From: Klebsormidium nitens
Taxonomy: Eukaryota; Plantae; Klebsormidiophyceae
Length of the DNA stretch: 64,000 bases
Direction: 5' to 3'
Assembly (NCBI GenBank): GCA_000708835.1
Contig: DF237225.1
Span: 50,784-114,783, forward strand
Shown here: one piece after another, positions 1 through 11,200 of the stretch
Layout of the letters: each line of letters starts with the position of its first letter
Position numbering within the stretch: position 1 is the stretch's first letter
Position numbers and translations under genes: made by a program
The notes under the pieces: model-generated
Told to the model about the DNA's origin: nothing
Databases searched by the model: none
What the model saw: only the letters and a program-made list of their open reading frames with translations

Positions 1-3000
1 GCGCAGGATGAAACGACCAACGTAGAGGAAGAGGAGGTGAAAAGCTGGAAGGAACGCCTACGGCAAGCTGACTTGAACGGGGTTGGACGGCGGACGGGGA
101 ATGCCAATGATGGGTGGGCGGAACATTCGGACGGTCGCACGTCCGGACGTGGTCCGAGGCTATGGGTGTTTGTGTCCGTTTCGGACACGCATGGCGTGCA
201 CGGAGATGTCCATGTTCCGGACGGCGACGTCCTTGTCCATGCGGGCGGGTTCTCAAGGAGTGAGTATCAATCTGGATTTTAGGGTTTTATAATGATGGCT
301 TCCTGCATTGTTCAAAGGGGTGTTTACACATCGCATGAAAATCTGCTACAGCTGGCAATAATACAGCTGGCGGAATGGTGGGAACCAATTGTTGTAGACC
401 CCTGTTGCAGGCTCGTGACATTGCTTATTCATTCGTCGATGGAAGAGGTGGTGAGATGAATCTGGAAGGTACTTGCTTCCGCGCACAGATGCATTAGCAA
501 ATCGTACGGCAAAAGCGCACAAATGTGGGATTGTATGAGCGAATCGTAAATGGTTGGCATGATTGTTCGGTCACAATCAAGGCTGTAGCAAGTACCAAGA
601 GGTAGGTCTATATGAGCAACTCGTTGCTCAAAGTAGACAGTCAAATGCCCCCCTGCACGCCATATTGCCACCTTCGATAACACGCATTCTGCATCAAACC
701 TTTGGCATCATAGTTGGCACCGATCCCCAGTGTTTGCCGCCGGGACCCAGCAGAGACTGATTCTGGTTATGATATTGTCGGTGCACGGCAAGTGCTGTTC
801 TCGCCCCTGGGTTGCCTGGTGGCGCCGATAGCCAGGCACCTCTCAGGTGGTGTACTGGCAAAATGACTGTTTTCGAATTTGATCACCAATGTCACAAAAC
901 TTGCCTAGAGCACCTGCTCAATAGGAAAGCTGTCCGATTCTGTGGAAACAAGTCCCGGTCCTGTGTCAAGTGGTCCAAGATACCTTTGTGAAGAGGACCT
1001 CAGTCTTCCATGCGTCTTTGCAGATGGGACTGTGGAGCAGTTGAGGGACTTCAATGATTGGCTGGGCGCTTTTCCCCACAGGTCAGCCGGCCGCTTTGTG
1101 TGTGTTTCATGTCCGGGGTTCCTACCTTGTTTCTCACATAGCGTACCCTTCCTCGTCCTTCATTCTTGTCCAGTTGCGAAGGTGGTACTGTTGAGGATTG
1201 TCTGCTTCTTTTGAATTGTTCGGCTCCAAAGGATTGGAAGAAGGTGCCACCACAGTGTCCGTCCACTGATCTCGCATCAGAAGTTCAAAGGTCAGACAAA
1301 AAGCTTGTTTCTCTGGGTCCACGTATTAGATGCCGATCCTCACGGAAGCGACTGCCGAGAAACGACTGGCAAAAAACGATTTGAAAAAAGTCCAGAAAGA
1401 GGAAAAGAAGGAGCAGCTATGAAAAGCAGTCGTGCCGAATCATTCCTCACTTCTTGGCACTTTGTTCCCGAACCCAGGTACAGAGTTTTGTTCCTCCCTG
1501 GAGTGGCTAACAGTTTGGCAGACAACAAATCGAACGTAGATTAATGTGAGGTGTGGCATTATGTAAAGAGAAAGTAAAAGAGAGAAAAGCGAGTATTGAA
1601 CTACTTCTTTCTCCGGTTACTTTGCTCCGTCCAGGTACAAGATTCTGGTCCCCGGATTGGCAGATCTCGGTCCCGGCTCCGAGTCGCAGCCACGGCTTCG
1701 GGAGCTTCTCTCGCACGCGAACGCGATTCTTGTAGATAGCACGTTCGTCCTCCCCGGGGGGGTGGTCATTTACGGTGCGCCAGCGCCCCCCCCGGGCGAG
1801 GAGGACCTAGGAGGGGGGCCCAGCAAGTGGGATCCCATCCCCCTGAACGTGAGTGCTCCGCAAAAGCACAGTTTATGTCTCTTTTTTCCGTCCGTTCTTT
1901 CCCGTGTTTCTTTGGCGGTTGCGGAAGAATCGCAGTGACAAGCATGGGTCCCCTCGTGAAGAAATTGGGAGGCTTGCTTCAGACGGGTCAGATTGTCCGA
2001 CTTGCTGGTAGTAACCGGATCCTCAGGCGCTTTGGTAGTATGTTGCATAGGCCGGTCTTCAGATAGAGGCCTCTGTCATAGACGCGATGCAGATTCTGAC
2101 TTCGAACAGAGCTTTTAAAAGACAATACTGTTCGTTATCGTCGTCCACTTTCTCTTCTCTGCTTGGTCGCTCACAGCAGCGTTCGCAGCCGTGATCGAAT
2201 CTACATTGGAGCGGCATTCAAACAAAACAACCTTGAAATCTGTGGAAAGTGACTTGACATTTTTGAACTCTCATTGGACACTTCAGACCAGTCATCCCCA
2301 GCAGATATCAGGCTTGAACTACAATATGTGCCCTGAATGACGACCTATGTGGCCTGAATGACGACTGCTAGTACTTCTCAACAACGCGGGACAGTTTTCT
2401 CGGCCCAGCAAAGGAAGTCGCTTCCACCCACGAATTTGAGCTCAGGTGTGCAGCTTTTGTGGCACTATAAGCTTTACAGTCAATCAGATCAATCAATTTC
2501 GTTAAGCTCGACGTCTCAAAAAGAATCCCCCAGTTCAGCGTTCAAAAGGTCAAATCGGCAGATTCTTTTGGCATCAAACCCCGTGATGTCTCTGCAAGTG
2601 GTCCCAACATAAATCCACGGCCTCCGTCCATACAGATCGATGTTTTGGTGACTCAAGGCCCGCGTTATGAGCCGTATGACCCGTCGTCGATTGAGGGGCT
2701 AGTGGGGTCCCCGAAGCTAGCGGAGGCGATAGAAAGGACGAGACCGCGGATGGTGGTTTTTGGGCACGTGCAACATTCATACGGGGTGCTTCGCCAGGTG
2801 AGCACATCAGAGGGATCCCCCCGCTGCACAGCAGACTTTGCAGATCAAGACGACAGGTTCTTACATGTGGACGATGTTCGGGTTTGCTCCTTTGGAGTTT
2901 GCGGTCATTGTTTCTAAGAGCCCGATTCAAGGACACACCTCTTAAAGCCGGTGCGCGCATGAAAGTCATGGGGCGATGTGCAGGTACAACGGCAGTGTTA

Positions 3001-3936
3001 ATGCATTCATCAGATTGTGTGTTGCGCAGACACAAGTACTTGGATCATGGTCAAGGACTGATCGTCTCGTATCGTAGTTGAAAAGAAGAAAGAGTGAACA
3101 AAAAGGACCGAAGTGACATTATTGTGCACTCTTCACGAGTGTCACACATTTCGACCAAGAATTGCAGCCCGTGTCGTCTTTTGAGAAACGGCGTACTAAC
3201 GCCGTTGAGGAAAAGCAAGCCTGTGTCGATCGTCGGCTGCCCTTCTGGTCGTCAGCCGGCGATTCTGGCCTGGAATGATCCTCCATACACCTCGACAATG
3301 CCTTTTTTGCCTCTCGTCGTCATAAGCCCGTGGTGGCTTGGGAAGACGTTCTGCTAGGAGGCTCCGCCAGGAAGTTGGAAAGGGTTTGGGTTTGATTGCA
3401 AGTCGGTCCGACCTCCATATGGCGCAAGGGATCTGGTTTGCATCAGTCTGCAGTTTTCATTAAATGCGTTGACCTTCAAGTTCGCGGGTGTCCTTCACGA
3501 CGGACCCTTCCTCGCACAGTCTCAAGTAGTGGTTGGCAAGGGGCGGGTTTATTGGGTTCGCTGCTCAATTGTTGTGGTGGTTGGAGTCTGACTAGAGCTG
3601 GTTAAGGGTGCTAACGGGGTGCCCGCTCGCTTACAGATGTACTGCCGACGGCGGGGCTGGCTGCGATCCTGCCAGGACGGGTTAGAAGAGGTTTCCCAGG
3701 AAGAGTGGCCGCTTCGAATAGAACAGCCGTCAGAAGAACAGCCTTCGGGCTCTGTATATTTCGTCAACGCCGCGTTCGTTATTCCTAGGGTCGACTCCGA
3801 TGGATCACGGTACGAGGAAAGAAGACAGCCTTTATTGATTGAGCTAGAAGAAGAGGAGGGGCCCGCCGGCATCGGGCTTGCCGCGTGGGTGCACAACCGA
3901 GGTCAAGGGCCCGGTTGGACCGAGCCACTGCAATGA
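1..3936 (+). CDS. Calcineurin-like metallophosphoesterase (MPPED1/2-like), 3' part of gene; exons 1-259, 1024-1081, 1635-1848, 2636-2797, ~3637-3936
   Basis: Spliced translation reads VSVSDTHG...VPDGDVLVHAGGFS...FNDWLGAFPHRYKILVPG...GVVIYGAP...IDVLVTQGP...VFGHVQHSYG...YFVNAA, which is the motif order of MPPED-type phosphoesterases. GT-AG sites and phases (1,2,0,0) are consistent. The frame is open from base 1, so the start lies upstream. The last acceptor is uncertain. Confidence 0.85.
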
Positions 3937-5269
3937 TTACGATACTTACAGTCGTTCCGAGTTCGTCCTTTTGAGTCACTGACTGCCCGCTCTGTTTGAG
4001 ATTTTACTTGGTCTTGTTGATTTGCACTCATCCCACCATGCACAACTGACGGGATGGCTAACAGCGCCCGCGAGCTGCTCCAGGGTTTTTCAATCGTCTA
4101 TAGGAAAGCAATAACCGGTGACTACCGCCGGGCCAAATGCCAAGTCCTGGTTTAATTACGATTCCAGTCTGATTACGGCTTTCAAGTTTGACCATGCGCG
4201 ATAGGGGGAACGCGTATCATAACGCGGCACCCCTATATACTTCGCCATGCGCAATAAATCCTTTCCGATCTTGCATGTCAGCACATCCCGGCCTCTTACA
4301 CATTTGCCGTCAACGTATGCCCATGGCCGCCCGCCCGCCGGGCTATACAAAACTTTGACTGCGCGAGTCGTGTGAACAAAAGATCAACTTCGTGTTCTCA
4401 GTGATCCGGGCCGCTCAACTTGACGTGGGGAATTATCCACAAATAGACAGTTGTGGGCATGCACGAACGATCTAGGTTTAACGCGCCAGGTCATGCATAT
4501 GGGACTAGATCGTGAGTACCCCAACTTAGCTGCGGCCCACAGATTTGAATGACCCGGCGTGGCGTCCAGCTTTCATCGACCGTGCAGTGCACATGCAGAG
4601 TACGATCCGACGGACTCGATATCCAATTTCTGGTCCATCAATGGTGATCGCGGACACACCCAGCGCAAGATCAATTAAGTAAGCACCCGGCATTCGATCG
4701 CGACATACGTGGTAATGCCACACGATCGGTCGATGAAGATTACAAAGCAAATGAAGCTCAATATTCTTTGAATGTCAAGCTCGCGAGGCACAATTAAGCA
4801 GGTTAATACAAAGAGTATGCTTGATTCCATCAGACTGACCATGCAGAAGACAATTCAACATTGACCGTGCATGTTATTGGGGACGGTTCGAGAATCTCCA
4901 TGTACATGGCTCGTGCCAGGCCGAGCGTGTAGCTTCAACTGGTTTTACCTTCCTATTAGCGAAGCGTGAGGTCCTGTATGCGCGCGGCGGCCCATGAGGT
5001 GACTTCAGTCCTGAATCAGTCGTCCTGAACGAACTTAGCATGACTACTGTAGCTATCAAAACGCTTGCACGCATTGCCTCAAACCTCTCTTAGTTCACAA
5101 TAAAACCACCTTCTACAAAGCCGCGCTTTACAGCTCAAACCTTCACATGCCTACAATCTCTCGCGCGCCGCATGACGAAACCTTGTTTCTCGTGGCTTAT
5201 CAAAACCTTCGTTCCTGTGGCAAGTAGTCCACGTGACCGACTAGCCACGTCATATCGCCACGTCATAAC

Positions 5270-8200
5270 TTAAGCCGGTGACGGGGCCGCTGCGCCCTGA
5301 GCGGCGCTCTGACCGGGGCTCGGCGCGCTCGCGCCGTTGGGGATGGGACCGATCGCGTTAGGCGGGAGCGTCGGCGGGTTAACCGTGCTAACCGGGACGG
5401 GTCCCCCGATCGCGACGAGGGGCGCCACGACCTGCACCATTTGCTGAGCCGAGCCGGGCACGATCCTAAAGTTGGACGCATTACCAGTCGGGGGCTTCTC
5501 GACATGGGCCAAGTTTCCGGCGATGTTGTCGGACCCCTGGGCGATGTTGATATAGGGAGTGGTGGCTTGGAGCGTGGAGCTGATATTGTAAAATGGCGTG
5601 GGTGTGAATACGTCGGTGACGTTGGATGCCGGCCCGGTGCCGTTGGCGGCGACGGAGCCGTTGAGCAAGGTGACGTAAGGGGTCGTCAGCTTGAATAGAT
5701 AGTTGCTCGGGTCGGTGGTGGTATTGACGGGTTGGACGATGAACTCTGACGAGCTTTGGTACCGGTAGGTGGCGTTTCCGGAACCGTTCACCTGGAGAAC
5801 GGAAAAGCACAGCACTATTTAGATAAGCTTCGGTGACTCTCGCCACTCCCGTGGTCAATCCAGATGTGCCCAACATCGTACGATAATAGGTCTCAACCTT
5901 GCGGAAGGCAACCGTGGGCCGAAATGAGCAAACCCGTATTAAACGGCGCACAAGGAAAGAGAAGGAATTGATTGTTCGAAGCGGTTTCTTGAGCACAGTA
6001 GATATTACCCCCTCTTTTTATGTCTTGGAATACGTCATATTCTCGCAGCCCTGGGAAATCAGGCTCAACAACGAAACGACCAGGAAACAGCAGTGCGGTG
6101 CCTCGCTTCGATAAAACCGTTATCCTCGAATCGGACGATACTTCCGTCGTCCCAACGGCACAAGGTCGATAAAGAACATTCTCGAACAAGAGGAGGTAGT
6201 GGCGCATTTTCATTCCGAGAGGAGGTTAGTGGCAGTTTTCATTTTGCATTCTTTAAAAAATGACGGTACCCACCACGATGCTGTATTCGCCGGCGTACCC
6301 ACGGAATCCAAACTGGCCGTTGGCGTCGGTAGTTCCCGTCACGTTTTGCGTCCTCCACTCACGGTAATACAGGTCCTCCCACAGCTGGCCCGCGAGGCGG
6401 GGGGAGAAGTCCAGGTTGTATAGGCACTTATTTCCGGAACACGTGCCGTTATTCTGTTCCCAGTCGTCCTCGCCGTTCCAGGTTTGGGACAGCAACATTC
6501 CCTGTACAGCCGATGACGAATCTGAAGGTGAGTTTACGGACACTTGTCAAGGGACAACGTGCCGTTGATCGCTCGCCAGTCCTCCCGCCGGTCCTGGTTT
6601 GCTCTGGCAGCAGCCCGTGCGATAAAGGGGATGATGCAACTATGTCAACAATTGTTCGCACAGGTTCGACAAGATGTTCGACTGTAGAAAAGTACCCGAG
6701 ATGGACAATGAAAGGCAGGATACAGAATGCCTCCACTGACAGATGGTAGAACGGCGAGTCGAGAAAGCCTTAGGTGCTGTCACCTTTTCCGAGGACAGAC
6801 TACGTACCATTGCCTCTCGGGAGCCGTGAGGGCCAGACTATCCTGCCGGTAATAGTAAGGAAAGCGGCAAAACACCGAATTCTTTCACGGCAATACGACA
6901 TTTCTTTCTATAGATCTCACGTCCGGCCCACAGAAACAAACTCAGAGCACTGGGCGTTCCCACATGTAGGCCAATCGCGATGCAAGGCAGACGACACTTG
7001 GACCTTATAATTTTCTGCTTTTGGACTGGCAGGTTCTAGCAATGTTAAAAAGCTCTTCCGGGTCCCTTCAGATTTTTTCAAAGTAAGGATATTTCGGGGG
7101 TTTAGGGTCATCATACAGACTACGGAGCAGATGAAATGCGGGTTTGAGTATCTTGATTGCTGCGAAGCCCCTAAACGTAAAGCATTCCTTCCGTGAAGTG
7201 GATACTTCCGTCTCACCTTGACAGCCGGGTGGGCGAACGCTTCTCTCCAGATCAGCTCCAATGAATCCCTTTGCAGTTGCTCTGAGTAGGGTTCCACTGT
7301 CAACCTGAGGTTGATCTCAGTCATCCAGATGGGGATGCCGAACTGTCCAAGCTTGTCCAGTCCGTAGCGGAAGACGTAGGGTTGGATCTGTGTGAACTGG
7401 CCTTGAGCGGCAAAGGCACTGACTGGGCCTCCCTGCAGAAAAAAAAGAAATTCTTTTGGCAGGTGTGGTTTGCAGTGGGGTTGTCCTATCGTGCTCCGCT
7501 TGAAGAGATACCTGAGCTGACGTTTTGATTCCAGGCTTTTCTTTCCTCTTGCTCTCCACCTTACCTCTGGTGCGGCGCTTGGAAGGGCGTGCGCAGATTG
7601 GACGAGAGAAGTCTAATCGTAGGTGAGGAAAGCGATGTTTCATTGGACTGACAACATGCAAAATGCCTGTCACTCAAATAGGAAACAATCACGTATCGAA
7701 CGAGGGGCCGACCGCAGAAGCGACCAGGAGGAGCGCGCTTCCATTCTCAGCCTTTGAAAAGCCGCTCCGAGCGAGGGCCTTGGATCGAAACGGTCAGACA
7801 ATCAGTAAATCATTCCAGTGATTGATCTCTCCACTGTTCAATGGATCCACGAGCAGGAAGCTTGCAAGGCCACCTTGTAAACCCCACACGTGCCGACTGA
7901 CCTGTTGCCGCAGATACGTCACGAAGTCCATGGCTGCCTCTGGCCACACCGTGCTGTCGTCACACGCCTCGACCATGTTGTAATCGCTCAGGAACGTGAC
8001 AGCTGTCGGGTCCAGGGACTTGGTCACGTTGAAGTACCACGGACGCACGTCGAACCCGAGCTTCTCGTTGAAGTAGCGCTTGTGAATGATCTCGTTGGCA
8101 GGGTCCCATTGTTTGATCGAGTTCTGCGAAGAAGTAAGCCGACTTCAGGATTCAGGGTCTCTCAAAAGCGCATTGTTGGTGTGTTTTCGCGGCCGTCGTT

Positions 8201-11200
8201 GGCTCAGAAGCCAGGTCAGGAAAACCGGACATCGCTTTTGGTGGAGATGTGACAGCGGGTCCTGCAAGCTGAGTCTATAATCAGATTTTCGAAGCTAAGT
8301 CAAAGCTCTTTTATGGCGCAGACGGGGTCAGACTCCTAGTCACAAAGCAGCAAAGCAGATCTCAACGGTTTCCACCTTCTTCCAGAAGAGGACACCCCCT
8401 CCGCTGTTTGCAAGTTTCAACAAACAACCCGCACAACAAACGGCCTGCCTGTCCAAGGAGAACCGTGAATGCGTGTGGCAAAGTGGCGGCCAGTCGCAGC
8501 CGATCCTGGATTGCGTCACATCAGCGTAGGAAAGGGCTGCCGCTTCAAAGTTTTGGAATTACCAATCATATCATAGTTATCTCACGTCATCAGTTGACTG
8601 CACCTTGACTCGCAAGTCAAAAAACACACAAATTGCGTTCCAACAGCAATTTTATAGCGCCAGATCTCTACGACATTGGCATTTGAACACGAGCCCCTAA
8701 CTCTATGGCCCTTCATTTTAGCAAAACTAAAGCTGCTACACTAACACTATAGATCTTACTCATAAAGTCACCCGCTCCCGTACCCACATTAAACCCCCCA
8801 ACTAACCCCACCCGTCCCAGGCTGGTCCGCATACTTTTGCTGAAGCTTACTTTTGCTAGATTGAAGCTTCGTCCAAAACCTTACCTTGAACGGCGTGACG
8901 ACGTCATTCGCGCGGGCCGTCATGTAGCTGAAGAGCTGCACCGGGTCGGTGATTGACGTCAGCCACGGCTGCAGCGTGCCGACGTCATCCCAGAACACGG
9001 TGTGACCACGGACGGAGATGGAGTTGTTGTTGGCGTATTCTTGGAGGGCGACGAGTTTGGTGTACGTCAGATTGTCCTGGCTTGGCTGCATAGAGTACCT
9101 GCGGCGAGTTATAGGGTTAGTTTGGGGGTTTACGATAGGTAGAGACACGGAGCAGGTAGAAGGGTTTTTTACTTTCGTTTGTTGCTTGGGGTCAGAAAGG
9201 TTATCTTGGGATGGCTACATGGAGTACCTGCGGGACGTTACAGATTACTTTGGGGGTTAGAGACGAGAAGCAGGTAGATCTCCCGGAAAGGCTTTCTACT
9301 TTCGTTTCTTGCTTGGTGTACGTAGGGTTATACTGGGATGGCTGCATAGAGTGCCTGCGGAAAATAACAGGGTTAGTTTGGGGGTTTGGCGCTTCAGCAT
9401 CCCCTAACCAGCTGTGGTTGACGTTTCCGAAAGGCAACGCTTGATATGGTGGACGGCTTTAATCAACCCAAATGAATCGGCTCACAATTGCAGCCAGCTT
9501 TGCATAAGCAATTGCAGCCAATTCTTCATAAAGAATTCGTTGCCCCGTGTGGCTCTTCTGAGATTCTAAAACCCTAAAACCCTAAAAAACCATAAAACCC
9601 TTAAAAGTGAATGTCGCTGCGACTTTGCGCAAAGTCTTGTCTCGGGCGACTTCCAGAACGGAGTATCGCCCTGAACGGTCGCTAGGGAAAACGACTTTCC
9701 TCGACGCCTTCCGGATCCGAGAAATAACGGGCCTTACGACACGAGCGCATTCGCGTGAGCAGTCCAACAGTAGCCGCCTCCCCAGAGGATAGATTTTGTA
9801 GTTGCAAACGGCTTTTTTTTACCAAAAAAGAAGACCTACAACTGAAGCAAACTCTCCTTAACCACAAAAGTAACGGCTTACCACTTGAGCGCATTTGCAT
9901 AAGCGGTCCAAGAGTAGCCGTTTCCCAAAAACAACATTTGATGTTCTACTTGTCAGGGTCAAGCCGAACAACTGCAACCGGTTATCAAAAAATCCACAAG
10001 TAACGGGCTTACCACTTGAGCGCATCCGCATAAGCGGTCCAGGAGTAGCCGTTTCCCCACTTGCCGGCAAACCATTCGCGGTATTGCGCGTTGGTGTAGG
10101 CAACGTCTTGGAGATCGTCTCCGAAGGGGAACGTTTGCTGGGTCTGGTTGATAGCCAAGGTTGCGTTAGGAACAGGGTTACCGGCGGCATCCACGACTGT
10201 GATGACGACGTCGCGCTTTCGCACCTGCAAAAGGCCGAGGTCTGGGGCTTAGGTTATGAAACGGGTTCGAAAAATTTGCTTGTTAAGAGTGAAGGCGTCA
10301 GGAACAGGATTGCGATTACACCGTCAACTCAGTCAGGACGTTTTTGATCTGTTTCCTTTATCGGCGGAGCCGGTCAAATCTAGGCGCGTGAAAGCTTTGA
10401 GCACTGGTGGTTGACCCACTCCTACACAGAACGTCCCAGGGGGAGTGCTCCATAGCATTTCAGGGGTGACTGCTGCCAATCTTCCTACGCTTGTTTGAAA
10501 ACCGAAAGAACGAACACATCCATCCTCTACGCGTTCCAAGCCCAGTTCGTTGGAAAGAGAACCCTTGGGGAGGCAGAATATAAGGGCTACAGCTTTGGGC
10601 CAGCCCAATGTCCCACCTGTCAACGACATAAGAATCGACACTCTCTCTGAAAATGATAAAGCAAAACCAGGACTTTCTAGGAGAAGCTCACATAGTCTGT
10701 CCTCTGCCGAACATCGGCCAACCAGCTCGACCGGTTCACTCCCACAACCGCAATGCTGTAAATGTCAATCTCGTAAGGGGGCGACGTCGTGTTTGTCGTC
10801 TGGTTTCCTGGCAGGGCATTCCCGGTGATCTCCACCTTGACGTCGGTCAGAGGCCCGTTGTAAGAGGGTCCGGTCATGCCTCCCAGGACGAGCGTGTAGC
10901 AGTCGGAGTAAACCACGGAAACCATCGCCGCACACTGGACGGACCAACGAGCGGAATAGTCAGAAGACGTGAGCCACTACGGGGGTTCGTACAACGAAAC
11001 AAAAGGAGAAGCAGAGAATACGGGATTGGCGAGCCTCCCCAACTAGGCTGCGCAGGGAGGGCCGAGACTCGATGCCACGGAACAAGCGCCAATGGCTGAG
11101 CTGGAAATTGATCAGAACGGAACTAATAGATTGCACCAACCTTCCAGAACAGACAGTGGTATTCTTGTGTTGGTCAGGCGGACAGAAGAGAGGGGCTTGC

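Noticed and set aside
4156-4750. Short minus-strand ORFs, one with IDLAL...IDGP like a RAP/DUF559 domain
   Set aside because: Short, key residues missing, no splice-consistent model.
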